DNA of 64,000 bases from a virus. Below are positions 35,898 through 45,921 of this stretch, in pieces. The notes beneath the pieces are model-generated. The model was not told the DNA's origin. It worked only from the letters and a program-made list of their open reading frames with translations, and made no database searches. The stretch lies in the IMG/VR virus record IMGVR_UViG_3300028388_002189, positions 17,259-81,258 of that record; one strand, given 5' to 3'. Each line of letters starts with the position of its first letter. Positions within the stretch are counted from its first letter, which is position 1. Both the position numbers and the translations under genes were made by a program.

Positions 35898-38366
35898 TTA
35901 TAACAAGTCCCTTGTAGCAGAATACCTAGTAGCCTCAACTCGACCTTGAGTCTGCAACCTTGCCTCTTCTTTTTTAGCTTCAGCTTCGATCTTTGCTCTT
36001 TCTTTATCCTGTTCTCTTGCTATAGCATCCATATCTCTTATCTGAATCTTATCCTCTGAATTCGGTCTCTCATCGCCCGCAGCTTTACGAGTTGAATCAC
36101 TGCCCTTAGAGGTATTCCGACCTGTACCACTTATCCGAGATTTACCATAAGAGTTCTTCTGTTTAGCCGTTGCTTTTCGACATACGATCCGAGTGTTAAA
36201 ACCACTAGTTGAGATAGAGTGCTCTTCCTTAGCAATGTACCACACACCATCTAGCTTCTCATATAGATCAACAATTTCAATCAACTTACCAACGCGCATG
36301 GTCCAATCGCCTGCTTTAAGGTCAACGGTTAACTTAGTGACTGCCTTTTTACTACGCCCTGTTCCACTCCCACGCTTTTGGGAAACAGGTTCAAAAGAAG
36401 CAGCACCTACGCTACCATCTGTAGACGACGTAGTATCTGAAGTGTTCTTTTCTTGTTCCCCATCCTTAGCATTAGGTTTACTTGGATCTTTTCTAGTCTT
36501 AGTAGGCACACTCCGTGTTTGTATTTCTATCTGCGCTTGAGTATAAGTCCCCTTTTGAAACTGCCTTACACGATATTTGAAGGAGCCATCTTTATTAAGT
36601 TCTTTCGCCTGTTCCTGTAATGCTTGGAGTTCTTCTCTATAGTCGTCACCCCTCTCAGTGTTTAGGTACTCAGTCCTAACCAAAGTGGCTTTAGTTTGAG
36701 GTGCCCTTTCCCAAACATAAACGTCTTCTGTCTCTTCACCTTCGGGAGCATCTTCATCCCCTGTAGGTTTGGCTTCAACAGTAGTCGTCGGCGGGGTATT
36801 GTCTTTCTTCTGTTTATCTTCTTCCTTTTTCTCTCTCGCTTCTTTCTGTTCGGGAGTTTCTTTGCCTATCGTGTATTGAACTAGTCTAACCTTACCCTCC
36901 TCAGTTACACCCAAGATCTTACCAATGACATTACCCGCAATAACTCCCCTAACAAATGTTTTGTACCCCTCTGCGCCAAGTACCTTTTCTTCGGATTCTA
37001 GAATCCGATGACCTTTAGGTAACTTGGTTACCTTTTTAACTACAACTGACGTTAGATATACATCGGCAGGGTCTGTTTCGGGTGTACCATTCTGAGTATT
37101 GAAAACTTCTACTCTGTAGCCGTCTTCTGCCTTCCAAACCTTAGCGGCATTCAAAAGCACATTTGCATCGCTTGGTTCTTTAGTTCTGTCGTCATTCTTA
37201 CCACTATCGTTTGTAGGATATCTACTAAACCTCCAATATCCCTTAGCTTGACCAGAAGCACTACTGGGACCTAGTTCAAAGCGAGTGTTATTGTATACTA
37301 CAGGTCCTGCAACCACTACTGTAAACGTCGTGTTAGGAGCACTTCCGTCACCCTTCGCCCAAGTTTGATTTAAGGGCTTAGACCCTTTCGGTGAAGTTCC
37401 TTTCTTCTTAGGAAACTTCGTACTTAAAGATACTTTTGAGATATTAGAAGCAGGGTAACCGTAAAGCATCTTAGTGGGCTTCTGCCCACGTTTGACTAGC
37501 TCTTTTTTGAAAGGTGTTGAAAATTTCAAAGCGCCAAGTTCTGGATTAAAAAACATCTCTACGTCAGCTAACTGAGTCGCCACAGTTAATCCAAAACCTA
37601 AATCTTGTCCCGATAGCGTGATCGGTCTTGTTTGCTCGTCTATGATTCTTTGGTATTCCTCTTCTAAGAGTTGACTGTAATCTGTACTAATATCTACTAG
37701 AGACGCAATCGTGTCTACGGCAGACAAGCCATACTCATTGCTAAACACTTCGGCGCTTGTTGTTGCTGATAAGCGACTACCTATCGCACCTTTAACACTT
37801 AGTATGGCAGTACCTTCATCAAACTTAATACCTCGCTCGACGACACGCAAGTTACGCCAACGTGTATGCGCTTTAGAATACCCCCACTTTACACTGAACC
37901 TTTTACCTATGCGGAACTTATCCAAATTATTGGCAGTCGAAGCGCCATCTTTATATAAAGCACCAACCTCTAGTTTGTTCTTGTAGTCTGGGATATATAG
38001 TTCAAAGGCGACCGTAGGGTACTTACCAACCTCATTAGTAAAGGAGATCGACTTTAAAGAATAAGTTGTCGGACGATAAGAACCACCCTTAGAACCAAAC
38101 AACTGAAAGGAAGCGTCAAACTCTTCCTCGCTGTCTAAAGTCACCCAAGCATAAGGTTCTAGATCTAACTCACCTATTTGACTATGTAGAGGCAGATTAA
38201 ACCGATCGTTTTCACCTAAATAGTTACGATCTTCGATTTCCGCTTCTATATTTATAGGTATGTAAGACTTCTTAGTCTTTGCGAAAACTCGCCTTCTACT
38301 CTTTCGGGGAGTCCTCTTCTTAGTCGTGACTTTAGCCTTTGGCTTTTTGGGTGTTGGTTTTCCCAT
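35898..38366 (-). CDS. baseplate hub / late-control D-like protein with a large insertion
   Basis: FSVKWGY N-terminal part; C-terminal GDWTMRVGKLIEI..DGVWYI...HSI..GFNT. Confidence 0.65.
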   Translation of the reverse strand: MGKPTPKKPKAKVTTKKRTPRKSRRRVFAKTKKSYIPINIEAEIEDRNYLGENDRFNLPLHSQIGELDLEPYAWVTLDSEEEFDASFQLFGSKGGSYRPTTYSLKSISFTNEVGKYPTVAFELYIPDYKNKLEVGALYKDGASTANNLDKFRIGKRFSVKWGYSKAHTRWRNLRVVERGIKFDEGTAILSVKGAIGSRLSATTSAEVFSNEYGLSAVDTIASLVDISTDYSQLLEEEYQRIIDEQTRPITLSGQDLGFGLTVATQLADVEMFFNPELGALKFSTPFKKELVKRGQKPTKMLYGYPASNISKVSLSTKFPKKKGTSPKGSKPLNQTWAKGDGSAPNTTFTVVVAGPVVYNNTRFELGPSSASGQAKGYWRFSRYPTNDSGKNDDRTKEPSDANVLLNAAKVWKAEDGYRVEVFNTQNGTPETDPADVYLTSVVVKKVTKLPKGHRILESEEKVLGAEGYKTFVRGVIAGNVIGKILGVTEEGKVRLVQYTIGKETPEQKEAREKKEEDKQKKDNTPPTTTVEAKPTGDEDAPEGEETEDVYVWERAPQTKATLVRTEYLNTERGDDYREELQALQEQAKELNKDGSFKYRVRQFQKGTYTQAQIEIQTRSVPTKTRKDPSKPNAKDGEQEKNTSDTTSSTDGSVGAASFEPVSQKRGSGTGRSKKAVTKLTVDLKAGDWTMRVGKLIEIVDLYEKLDGVWYIAKEEHSISTSGFNTRIVCRKATAKQKNSYGKSRISGTGRNTSKGSDSTRKAAGDERPNSEDKIQIRDMDAIAREQDKERAKIEAEAKKEEARLQTQGRVEATRYSATRDLL

Positions 38367-38376
38367 ATATACCCCC

Positions 38377-38706
38377 TTAGTAAGCGTTTACTTCAGTATT
38401 AGGAGGAATCATAACCTTATCACCCTCTTTTAAGTAAGAGGCATCGATTAAAGGATTATAGTCAGCGATAAACCACCATAAACGAGCGTCTCCGTAGTAA
38501 TGAAGCGCTAACTTGTGGATCGTTTCACCTTGCTTTACTGTATGGTTGAGAAGTTCAAGGACAGATCTGTAGGTAGTAGGTCTTAAGAGACAAGTTAAAA
38601 CTTCCTTCTCGGGTGCGCTCTCAATAGACCTAGCCTCTTCCTTGTACTCAAAGTAAGTCACAAAACCGTATTCTTTATAACGACTCTTTCGTGTAATGAG
38701 ACTCAT
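38377..38706 (-). CDS. LysM/tail X protein
   Basis: SRY, HTVKQGETIHKLALHYYGDARLWWFIADYN. Confidence 0.88.
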   Translation of the reverse strand: MSLITRKSRYKEYGFVTYFEYKEEARSIESAPEKEVLTCLLRPTTYRSVLELLNHTVKQGETIHKLALHYYGDARLWWFIADYNPLIDASYLKEGDKVMIPPNTEVNAY

Positions 38707-39218
38707 GAATAACCCCCTTGTACTTTCAACATAGAGACATCAGTAGACAACCCAGAACTTATCACAGTACATTCTATGGCAGCCGTTAGTCGTATCGGAG
38801 CTAAAGTTGTCTTATGATACTGAGTGGTCGTTATATCAATACGATCAATCGCCACATGGAACATCCCATATTGTTTAAGATCTAGTAAGTATTTATGAGG
38901 CTTGACCTGTTCATAATAAGTTAAACGAGTAATATGCTTAGGTAGCGTCAGTCTTCTAAGACTTTTTAACTGCTTAGTCACGCCTGTGTGATCAAACATA
39001 AACAGTTCAAAAGATAACTTTGTAGGTTCCGCCATACCATATTGAGCAAGAGGCATCATCTGACCTTGACCTTCTGAGTAGTTGTACTTAACACCTCTCT
39101 GCTCAGAGATACTCGATGGGTTAAAATCAAATATTAGTTCATGATTCTCTTGATTAGTACTGTTGGTAACGGAGAGAAGCCGACCCTTAGTAGATTTTGG
39201 CTGTGCGCTAGAGATCAT
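38703..39218 (-). CDS. tail tube initiator (CIS tube-like)
   Basis: FDFNPSSI, QY, LSFELFMFD, PIR. Confidence 0.75.
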   Translation of the reverse strand: MISSAQPKSTKGRLLSVTNSTNQENHELIFDFNPSSISEQRGVKYNYSEGQGQMMPLAQYGMAEPTKLSFELFMFDHTGVTKQLKSLRRLTLPKHITRLTYYEQVKPHKYLLDLKQYGMFHVAIDRIDITTTQYHKTTLAPIRLTAAIECTVISSGLSTDVSMLKVQGGYS

Positions 39219-39236
39219 TTATAACTCCTAAGTTGC

Positions 39237-42200
39237 TCATGTGGTACCTGTCGCTATTCCGTCTGCCTGTAGATTAGCAAGAACAGTGGATACCTCTTCG
39301 GGACTATCCACCTTTATTTCCAAATTGCTAATGTTGTACTTATTCCCTTGAACATTCTCTTTGATGTTCTGTGTACTCCCACCAGCAGAGGAGGTATTGG
39401 CATAGTAACTAGTAGAGTTATTGACCATAGGTTGGGTAGTGGAAGGACTACTGCTGTAAGTACCCGCATTACCACTATTTAGACTATCCATAGTACTTTG
39501 AGTAGACATAGCCACTTGATTAATGGTCTTTATAGGAGTAGCCTCAGCAGTTTTTGCCAAAGAAGCCGTTTCTTCAGTATCCGTCGAGTCGCTAAAGTAC
39601 GAAAACAAAGAAGCAAGACCATATATTGCAAGACCGATACCAGCGATCCAACCAAAGGCAGCGGCTACGCTAAGACCAAATACAGTCATAACAGTCGATG
39701 CTAGTTGTATAATAGGTATTAAGAATAACATAGCACCGCCTACGGTGGTCAAAGCGTCACCTATACCATATAAAGCGCTTCCTTCTTGAGAAAAGCTCTT
39801 AATCCCTGCGCCTACTGTTAAGAAGCCAGCACCTGCTGCGGCTAAACCTGTATTCATCTTACTAAGAGTACCTACTAAAGCCTGTTTCTTGGTGAGAAAT
39901 TGATCCGAAACACTCGTAGACTGACTAACAGCCCTATTATAGTTATCTACTTTCCCTCTTAGCGCATCATACTTCAACTTCAACCTCTCAAGGAAGGTGA
40001 GTTGTTTTTGACTAGTATTTTGAGCCGAGTTCATAGCGATGCTCATTTTATTCAGTCGAGTCCCAGCACCCTCTAAAGAACCTGTCAATGCTTTGAACTT
40101 GGTACCCATCAAAGTGATCATACTTGTGAAGAAAGTATAAGACTTAAAGATAAGCATACCACTCAACAAGATACCAAGTGCGCCACCTACAAGTCTCAAT
40201 GCAAAAGCCGTCACGGATGCTTCATCACTCGCACCAGAGAAGATAACGGCTAAGAACTTAAACGGCATTAACATTAAGTTGAGAGCGCCGCCCACTAAAG
40301 TAAAGATGACATGGAGAGACATCATAACAGGTACTAACATACCTTCGGCAATTCTACCGAATCCCATAAAGAGACTTCTCATGATGTCCATAGCAGAGCC
40401 TAAACTATAGACAAGACCCTCAAGTCCGTAAGTTTGCATGAACTGCATACCTTCTCTACCACTTGTCCCAATAGCAGAGTTAAGAGAGTTAAGTCGGTCT
40501 TCTAACTTTTTGATAGCATCTTCTTGTTTTGTGTAAACAGGTGAACCCTTTTGCATACCTAAAAGAGATTGTTGCGCTGTGTCTATTTGGTTCCTCAAAG
40601 AGAAGAACTGTTTCGATAACTCTTTTACACTTTTACCTTGTAGATCCTTACTGAACATCGCTTGGAATAAACCACCGACAGACTTAGCAGCATTCTTGAT
40701 TCTCTCTAGGATGATCGCGAAACCTTCACCGATAGTCTCTGCGCCAGAGAAGTACTTCATCACAGCCACGATAGCTACGCCTAATAGGAATAAACCTCCT
40801 GTTAACTGTACGACAACCGCTAAAGTAGGTGCTAGGAACACTTTACCAAAGGCAGACATGGTTGCGCCGAGACCTTTTGCTGCACCACCTGCTTGCGTCA
40901 TCGAGTGCCTCAGTGCAATACTAAAGGTTGCCGATGCCGTTAACATGAACCCAAGATTAGTACCTATACCTGTTAGCATCTGTAGACTTCGCCCTAAGAA
41001 CGAAGTCGTTGACGCTAAAGTTTGGTTGTTCGTCATCAACGTACCTGTTGCTTTAACAAGTTCAGTATAAGTGTCAAGACCTGCCCTAGCATAAACATCG
41101 TGCTTAAAGATTGCTTCAGACAATGCAGATTCAGCAGACTCAGATAACTTGATTCGCTTATCTAGCGTTTTTAGAGCATCTGCTTGAGCTCTATCTAGCT
41201 CTCCTAAATCGTTATTAATCCCTTTGGCATATTCTTTGAGACTAGTGCCTCTCTTTTTCAAGAAGAGGTCTAATGCTTTGATTGTTTGAGAACCAGACTC
41301 TGTACCAAATGCTTGTTTTAATGTTGCCTGTGCTTCGACTACACCCTTCTGTTTTGCGATCTGCCTATATCTATTTAGCAAGTCTGTACCAAAGTCTTCA
41401 ACACTCTTTAATGCACGTTTCCCTGTTTCTGAATCTATTGTGAAAAGTTGCTCTATAGCATATTCGTTTCTGGCTCGCATGACTCCTGCATAGTTATATT
41501 TAAGAGCATCTGCGACACTTTTGTAATTTTTTTCTAACGCCTTATTTATATATCCTATATCTAAGTCACTAGCGCCTGTTAGTCTTTGAATAGCTATATT
41601 CTTTAAGTTAGACCTCTTTGAGAGTTTACCTGTCGCTTGTAATTTTCTATCTAAACTTTTTAAGTTGTTATACATCGACAATATAGAACCACCAAAGTTC
41701 TTAAACTTTAGACCTGCATTAGCCGCAGATTCACCACCTTCCATAAGAGCAGCGATGAAGGTATTAATGGTGGCTTCTCGCAGCTCAGACTTAGCAAAAT
41801 ACTGTGCGCCTATTCTTAAACCACTTAACGATTCCCTAATCCCATCGAAACCTAAACTTGTATCAGTAGTAACTTTGTATAACGAGTTTAGATTCTTGCC
41901 CATATTCTTAGTGTCACCACCAAGTGTCTTAAAGGTAAGTGTTGTTATCTTTGCAGCTTCTTCAAGAGATAACATACCACCCGAAGCAGTAGCGAACTGT
42001 AGAGTGTCTCCAATAACACCAAGAGTATCATCTAGGCTGAGTCCGTCTTGCTTCATGCTTTGGAAAGCACCCGCAATCTCTGCCTTGGTGTACTCAGTAG
42101 TCATTGCTAGTCGGCTAATTGTATCTTCTGCCTTCGTGAAGTCTCCAAGCGCAGAAATTTCAGTCTCTCCTGCAAGTCCCATAGTACTCTTTAACAAGTT

Positions 42201-42500
42201 CATGGCGGTCTCAGTCTTCGCAAAACCTTTCTGCATACTCTCAAACACGTTGTTAATCTTAACATTCATGTTCAATAAGTAAGTAGACAACTGGACAAGA
42301 CCCGCTTGGATATTAGCAAGACCCTGGTCTGACAACTTCCTAGCGGACTCTCGATTTTGGTTTTGGTTTTTACGTGTAGTTAAAAGGGCTTCCGAATACT
42401 TTCGATTAGAGTTCTCTAACTGCTTTATGGCAGAAACCATCTGTTGTGTGCCTAAGATTTGTAGTTGTAACGTCTGTTTTAATGTTTGACCATCTGCCAT
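39237..42500 (-). CDS. tape measure protein
   Basis: 1087 aa, TTEYTKAEIA, AFGTES, Ala/Gly-rich helical repeats, TM stretches; follows the chaperone gene. Confidence 0.92.
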   Translation of the reverse strand: MADGQTLKQTLQLQILGTQQMVSAIKQLENSNRKYSEALLTTRKNQNQNRESARKLSDQGLANIQAGLVQLSTYLLNMNVKINNVFESMQKGFAKTETAMNLLKSTMGLAGETEISALGDFTKAEDTISRLAMTTEYTKAEIAGAFQSMKQDGLSLDDTLGVIGDTLQFATASGGMLSLEEAAKITTLTFKTLGGDTKNMGKNLNSLYKVTTDTSLGFDGIRESLSGLRIGAQYFAKSELREATINTFIAALMEGGESAANAGLKFKNFGGSILSMYNNLKSLDRKLQATGKLSKRSNLKNIAIQRLTGASDLDIGYINKALEKNYKSVADALKYNYAGVMRARNEYAIEQLFTIDSETGKRALKSVEDFGTDLLNRYRQIAKQKGVVEAQATLKQAFGTESGSQTIKALDLFLKKRGTSLKEYAKGINNDLGELDRAQADALKTLDKRIKLSESAESALSEAIFKHDVYARAGLDTYTELVKATGTLMTNNQTLASTTSFLGRSLQMLTGIGTNLGFMLTASATFSIALRHSMTQAGGAAKGLGATMSAFGKVFLAPTLAVVVQLTGGLFLLGVAIVAVMKYFSGAETIGEGFAIILERIKNAAKSVGGLFQAMFSKDLQGKSVKELSKQFFSLRNQIDTAQQSLLGMQKGSPVYTKQEDAIKKLEDRLNSLNSAIGTSGREGMQFMQTYGLEGLVYSLGSAMDIMRSLFMGFGRIAEGMLVPVMMSLHVIFTLVGGALNLMLMPFKFLAVIFSGASDEASVTAFALRLVGGALGILLSGMLIFKSYTFFTSMITLMGTKFKALTGSLEGAGTRLNKMSIAMNSAQNTSQKQLTFLERLKLKYDALRGKVDNYNRAVSQSTSVSDQFLTKKQALVGTLSKMNTGLAAAGAGFLTVGAGIKSFSQEGSALYGIGDALTTVGGAMLFLIPIIQLASTVMTVFGLSVAAAFGWIAGIGLAIYGLASLFSYFSDSTDTEETASLAKTAEATPIKTINQVAMSTQSTMDSLNSGNAGTYSSSPSTTQPMVNNSTSYYANTSSAGGSTQNIKENVQGNKYNISNLEIKVDSPEEVSTVLANLQADGIATGTT

Positions 42501-42505
42501 AACTA

Positions 42506-42733
42506 CTATCTCCTACGCGCAGCTTCTTGTTCTTTTTCTATGATTTCTTCATATAACTCTAAGTATATAGCCCTTTGGCGAGTGGGTAAACTAAGTATAT
42601 CATACCTTGTCCAATGCCAACGTTCAGCAACTGCGACAACGGTCTGTATTAGTGCCTTTTGCGTTTTCTCCGCCCAGTCTTCCCAACGCTTGATGGCTTC
42701 GGGGTCTTTGACTGCCCCAAATTGGAAAAACCC
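42506..42733 (-). CDS. -1 frameshift extension of the tail assembly chaperone (DUF6760-like), absent from the ORF track
   Basis: slippery G GGT TTT at 42733-42727; the -1 frame reads GFFQFGAVKDPEAIKRWEDWAEKTQKALIQTVVAVAERWHWTRYDILSLPTRQRAIYLELYEEIIEKEQEAARRR* to 42506. Confidence 0.85.
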   Translation of the reverse strand, partial: GFFQFGAVKDPEAIKRWEDWAEKTQKALIQTVVAVAERWHWTRYDILSLPTRQRAIYLELYEEIIEKEQEAARRR

Positions 42734-43476
42734 ACCGTGTTGACCTCCGTATGGAACTCATGCCCACAGGACTCGCAAGCGATATCAATCTTAGTATCAA
42801 CACCAACCGCGTTCTCTACAATTGCGTTAGCAAACGCATTGCGGTCTCTGATACTTAACTTGCGGACATCATCGGGCGAAGGAATAGTATCTAAACCGTC
42901 TACTTGCTTGAGTCCAATCGCGATCAAGTTAGTACCGATCTCGTTCTCTGGTAGAGAAGCAATACGTTCTTGGCTAAATCCTTTTAGGAATCCCCAAACA
43001 ACGTGCTTCTTATACTCGCTAGATTTGTGGTCGTAGAAACCTCTAGCGAGCTCCACGTCTAACTCTACAGGGGAGTTTTCGTCCCACTCATAAACGTCCA
43101 TGTCTTTTAGATCGACCAACTCATCGTGAGAACTCCCACAACTTGGGCAATCTACCGAAGTGAGAATCTCAGAATCTCCACTAAGGACACGGATACATAG
43201 AACCAAGAAGTCCCGATCGGCTACATACATATTGCGTACCAGTTGTTCACTAATAAGTGATAGCGGATCCGTCTTGCGCTCTAACACTCCTGGCACTTCT
43301 TGAATACATCTCCTAAGAAGGAGTGTAATCGCTTTAGCACCATTGTTCTTAACTTTACGAGAAGACAGATTCTCTTCATCGAGTCCTGTCATCTCGTCAA
43401 TATAAACCTCTCGGTAACGAACACCGTTGTACTCGATACCGATAGGTAGAATTACCTTGTCGCTGTCTGTAATCAT
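42649..43476 (-). CDS. tail assembly chaperone (T4 gp26-like, two CxxC)
   Basis: lies between tube and TMP; EMTGLDEE, VADRDFL, CPSC, CESC. Confidence 0.85.
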   Translation of the reverse strand: MITDSDKVILPIGIEYNGVRYREVYIDEMTGLDEENLSSRKVKNNGAKAITLLLRRCIQEVPGVLERKTDPLSLISEQLVRNMYVADRDFLVLCIRVLSGDSEILTSVDCPSCGSSHDELVDLKDMDVYEWDENSPVELDVELARGFYDHKSSEYKKHVVWGFLKGFSQERIASLPENEIGTNLIAIGLKQVDGLDTIPSPDDVRKLSIRDRNAFANAIVENAVGVDTKIDIACESCGHEFHTEVNTVGFSNLGQSKTPKPSSVGKTGRRKRKRH

Positions 43477-43496
43477 ATTATTACCTATGTTTTAAA

Positions 43497-43508
43497 AGTT
43501 GTTGAAAA
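43497..43508 (-). repeat. genome-wide motif, copy 8 (intergenic)
   Basis: AGTTGTTGAAAACT. Confidence 0.9.
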
Positions 43509-43554
43509 CTATTTTATAGTGTGTGTCTTGGTGTAACTAAGCAGTACGCCGTTA

Positions 43555-44070
43555 TTAGCTTACTTGGTTAGTCTCTTCAATGCCGTGGTGCTGTAAGACT
43601 AGGCTAGAGATCACAACGTCATTTGAAGTGGCGTCAAAGTCACCAATCGTATACTCACTTGGGAAAGCGTCTTTTAGTTTATATTTCTTTACGGCTTCGC
43701 CTTGCTTGTTGTGGAGTGTAATCTCCACATCACAGCGATAACCATTAGCCCCAAAGTCTGGTCTACCGCTATTCGGGACAACGTCGCCCGCATTAGAAAC
43801 CACGTCACAAACACGTTTCATCCATGTGTTGAAGTCGTCGTCATGGGAGATACCGCGCTCTAGCGTAACAGAGTCATAGGTCATCATTCCTGCGAACTTC
43901 TCCATACGATCGGGCATATTACCCTCACGGTACTCAACGACCTCTACAGAGGACTTCATGCCTGTTACCTTTTGAAAGGCTCCTCTAGCAAAATTGAACT
44001 GAGAATCTTGTGACAAAATCTGAACAGAGAACTTAAAGCCTCTATATACGTCTTTTGATAATACTGGCAT
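43555..44070 (-). CDS. tail tube protein (T4 gp19/Afp1-like)
   Basis: FKFSV, FQKVTGM, VEYREG, VTLERG, AFPSEY, DFDATSNDV. Confidence 0.95.
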   Translation of the reverse strand: MPVLSKDVYRGFKFSVQILSQDSQFNFARGAFQKVTGMKSSVEVVEYREGNMPDRMEKFAGMMTYDSVTLERGISHDDDFNTWMKRVCDVVSNAGDVVPNSGRPDFGANGYRCDVEITLHNKQGEAVKKYKLKDAFPSEYTIGDFDATSNDVVISSLVLQHHGIEETNQVS

Positions 44071-44083
44071 TTTCTATAACTCC

Positions 44084-45913
44084 TTAGTTAGCTTGGATCT
44101 GACTGAAGCGGAAGATGATGAACTCCGCAGGACGGAGAAGCGCAACACCGATCTCGCCGACCAAGATACCTTGTCGAATGTTATCAGCCGTGTTGGTCTC
44201 AGAATCGATCTTAATGAAGAACGCCTCGCTCTTGGCGTTACCCGCAAGTTCACCATTCTCAAAGCGCTTAGTTAGGAAAGAATCAATCTCGCTCGTAAGT
44301 TGTGCCCATAGGATAGGACTATTGTTACGGAACAAGCTACGCTCACCGATCTGTTTAACATTCTTCTCGATGAATGTCATCATACGTCGAACGTTGATAT
44401 AACGGAAGTCAAGCGTACTACTCAAGGTTCTAGCGCCAAGTACGTTTACGCTAGGAAGACCTGTTGCTCGATCAACTACACGAAGACAGTTGATACCCAT
44501 AACGTTTAGATCACCGTGAGCGCTGTCGCTCACTTCTACCTCAACGCCACTAAGACCTTGAAGTTGTCCTAACTCGTCGAAACCCGCAGGCGAACTTGAA
44601 ACGCCACCTCTTGGAGCAGGTGTTGAATCGACCTTAGAGTACAAACCAGCAACCGCACCACTTGGTGGAACAGTGATCAACTGAGTGCCGCCAATGACTT
44701 TAGGCATCTTGACGTTTGGATAGTAAAGAGCACCCCAATAAGTGTCGATACCTAGAGTGGTTGTGCGGTACTCACCAACACTACCTGCCCCTGTTGACTT
44801 AGCATCCAAACCTACAGGAGCGTCTAGGATAGCGAACATATCCATACGGTTTCCGCAGAACTCTAGCATAGCTGCATGGAGAACAGGTACGTCCGTTGAA
44901 GGAATCTTACCACCTACAGTATCTAGTGAAGGCGGTACAGAAAGTAGGTTAATCGCTCGCTTGCTAGATAGTTTAGGAAGCGCTGAGTCGATCAAGTCTG
45001 CTTGAAGATCGAAGTTAGCAATCTCATCTTCACCGTTCAGTAGAAGTTGATAGTTGCCTTGCATAAGGAGCTCTCTATCGTTTGAGATAAGAGAACCTGT
45101 CTCAAGATCTTCAGCCAAGATATATCGTGAACCAACTTGCTCGTCATTGATCACAGTCTCGATGTAACGATCTGACTCTGGGTTCATGGTCAAACGGTCA
45201 AAAGACTCTAAAGTCTCTCCATCAAGAATGACCTTAAGGTCATATGCAAGCAGAGATACAGAAGAACCTGCCGCAGCGATGGCGGCTGCCGCGCTAGAAG
45301 ATACTTCTACTTGGCGAACAATCGAACCTGCCTCAACTACCGAACTAGACTTAACTACCTTGAAGTATGAGTCAGCGTTAGCTGCGTCAGTGACTTTGAT
45401 AATGTCGCCTTCGATAAGACCGTTAGTCGAGTTCAACTTAAGAACCGTATCACCAATCGCAACGTCTGCTGATAGTGACGTTGGCGCAAAAGAACCATTG
45501 AGTCTAAAGTCAACGATCAAGTTGCGACCCGCAGAGCCGTATGAAGGCAATCCACGGTAACCCGCTGAGAACTTTAAGAAGTCAGCGCCATCTGCATTAT
45601 CTACAAGTTGATTTGCTGCGATAACAGTTGCGCCTGCGCCTTCAGTAGCGCTTACATCGATCATACGAACGATGTAACACGCGGCACCGCCATTCTCAAA
45701 GAATGAGCGAACGCTGTAGTAGAGAGACTCACCCTCAACAGCATCACCAAAAGTGCTCTTAAATGCAGAGAAACTATTGATGAAAATAGGTTGGTTAGCA
45801 GGACCTCTTTGAGCAAAGCCCAAGAAAGCTGCAATACTTGTTGAAACACCTGTAGGTGCGATCTCGGGCGTGAGAATCTCTTCAACATAAACATCTGGGC
45901 GAGTATACGCCAT
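44084..45913 (-). CDS. contractile tail sheath protein
   Basis: PDVYVEE, AFLGFAQRGP, FFENGG, ALYYP, PPSGAVAG, GARTL, YINVRR, PAEFIIFR. Confidence 0.97.
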   Translation of the reverse strand: MAYTRPDVYVEEILTPEIAPTGVSTSIAAFLGFAQRGPANQPIFINSFSAFKSTFGDAVEGESLYYSVRSFFENGGAACYIVRMIDVSATEGAGATVIAANQLVDNADGADFLKFSAGYRGLPSYGSAGRNLIVDFRLNGSFAPTSLSADVAIGDTVLKLNSTNGLIEGDIIKVTDAANADSYFKVVKSSSVVEAGSIVRQVEVSSSAAAAIAAAGSSVSLLAYDLKVILDGETLESFDRLTMNPESDRYIETVINDEQVGSRYILAEDLETGSLISNDRELLMQGNYQLLLNGEDEIANFDLQADLIDSALPKLSSKRAINLLSVPPSLDTVGGKIPSTDVPVLHAAMLEFCGNRMDMFAILDAPVGLDAKSTGAGSVGEYRTTTLGIDTYWGALYYPNVKMPKVIGGTQLITVPPSGAVAGLYSKVDSTPAPRGGVSSSPAGFDELGQLQGLSGVEVEVSDSAHGDLNVMGINCLRVVDRATGLPSVNVLGARTLSSTLDFRYINVRRMMTFIEKNVKQIGERSLFRNNSPILWAQLTSEIDSFLTKRFENGELAGNAKSEAFFIKIDSETNTADNIRQGILVGEIGVALLRPAEFIIFRFSQIQAN

Positions 45914-45921
45914 AATTCACC

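Noticed and set aside
42624-42806. 60-aa ORF overlapping the chaperone end
   Set aside because: It is the other alternative frame, lacks recognisable motifs and stops well short of the TMP; the -1 frame fits the slippery site and the DUF6760-like motif
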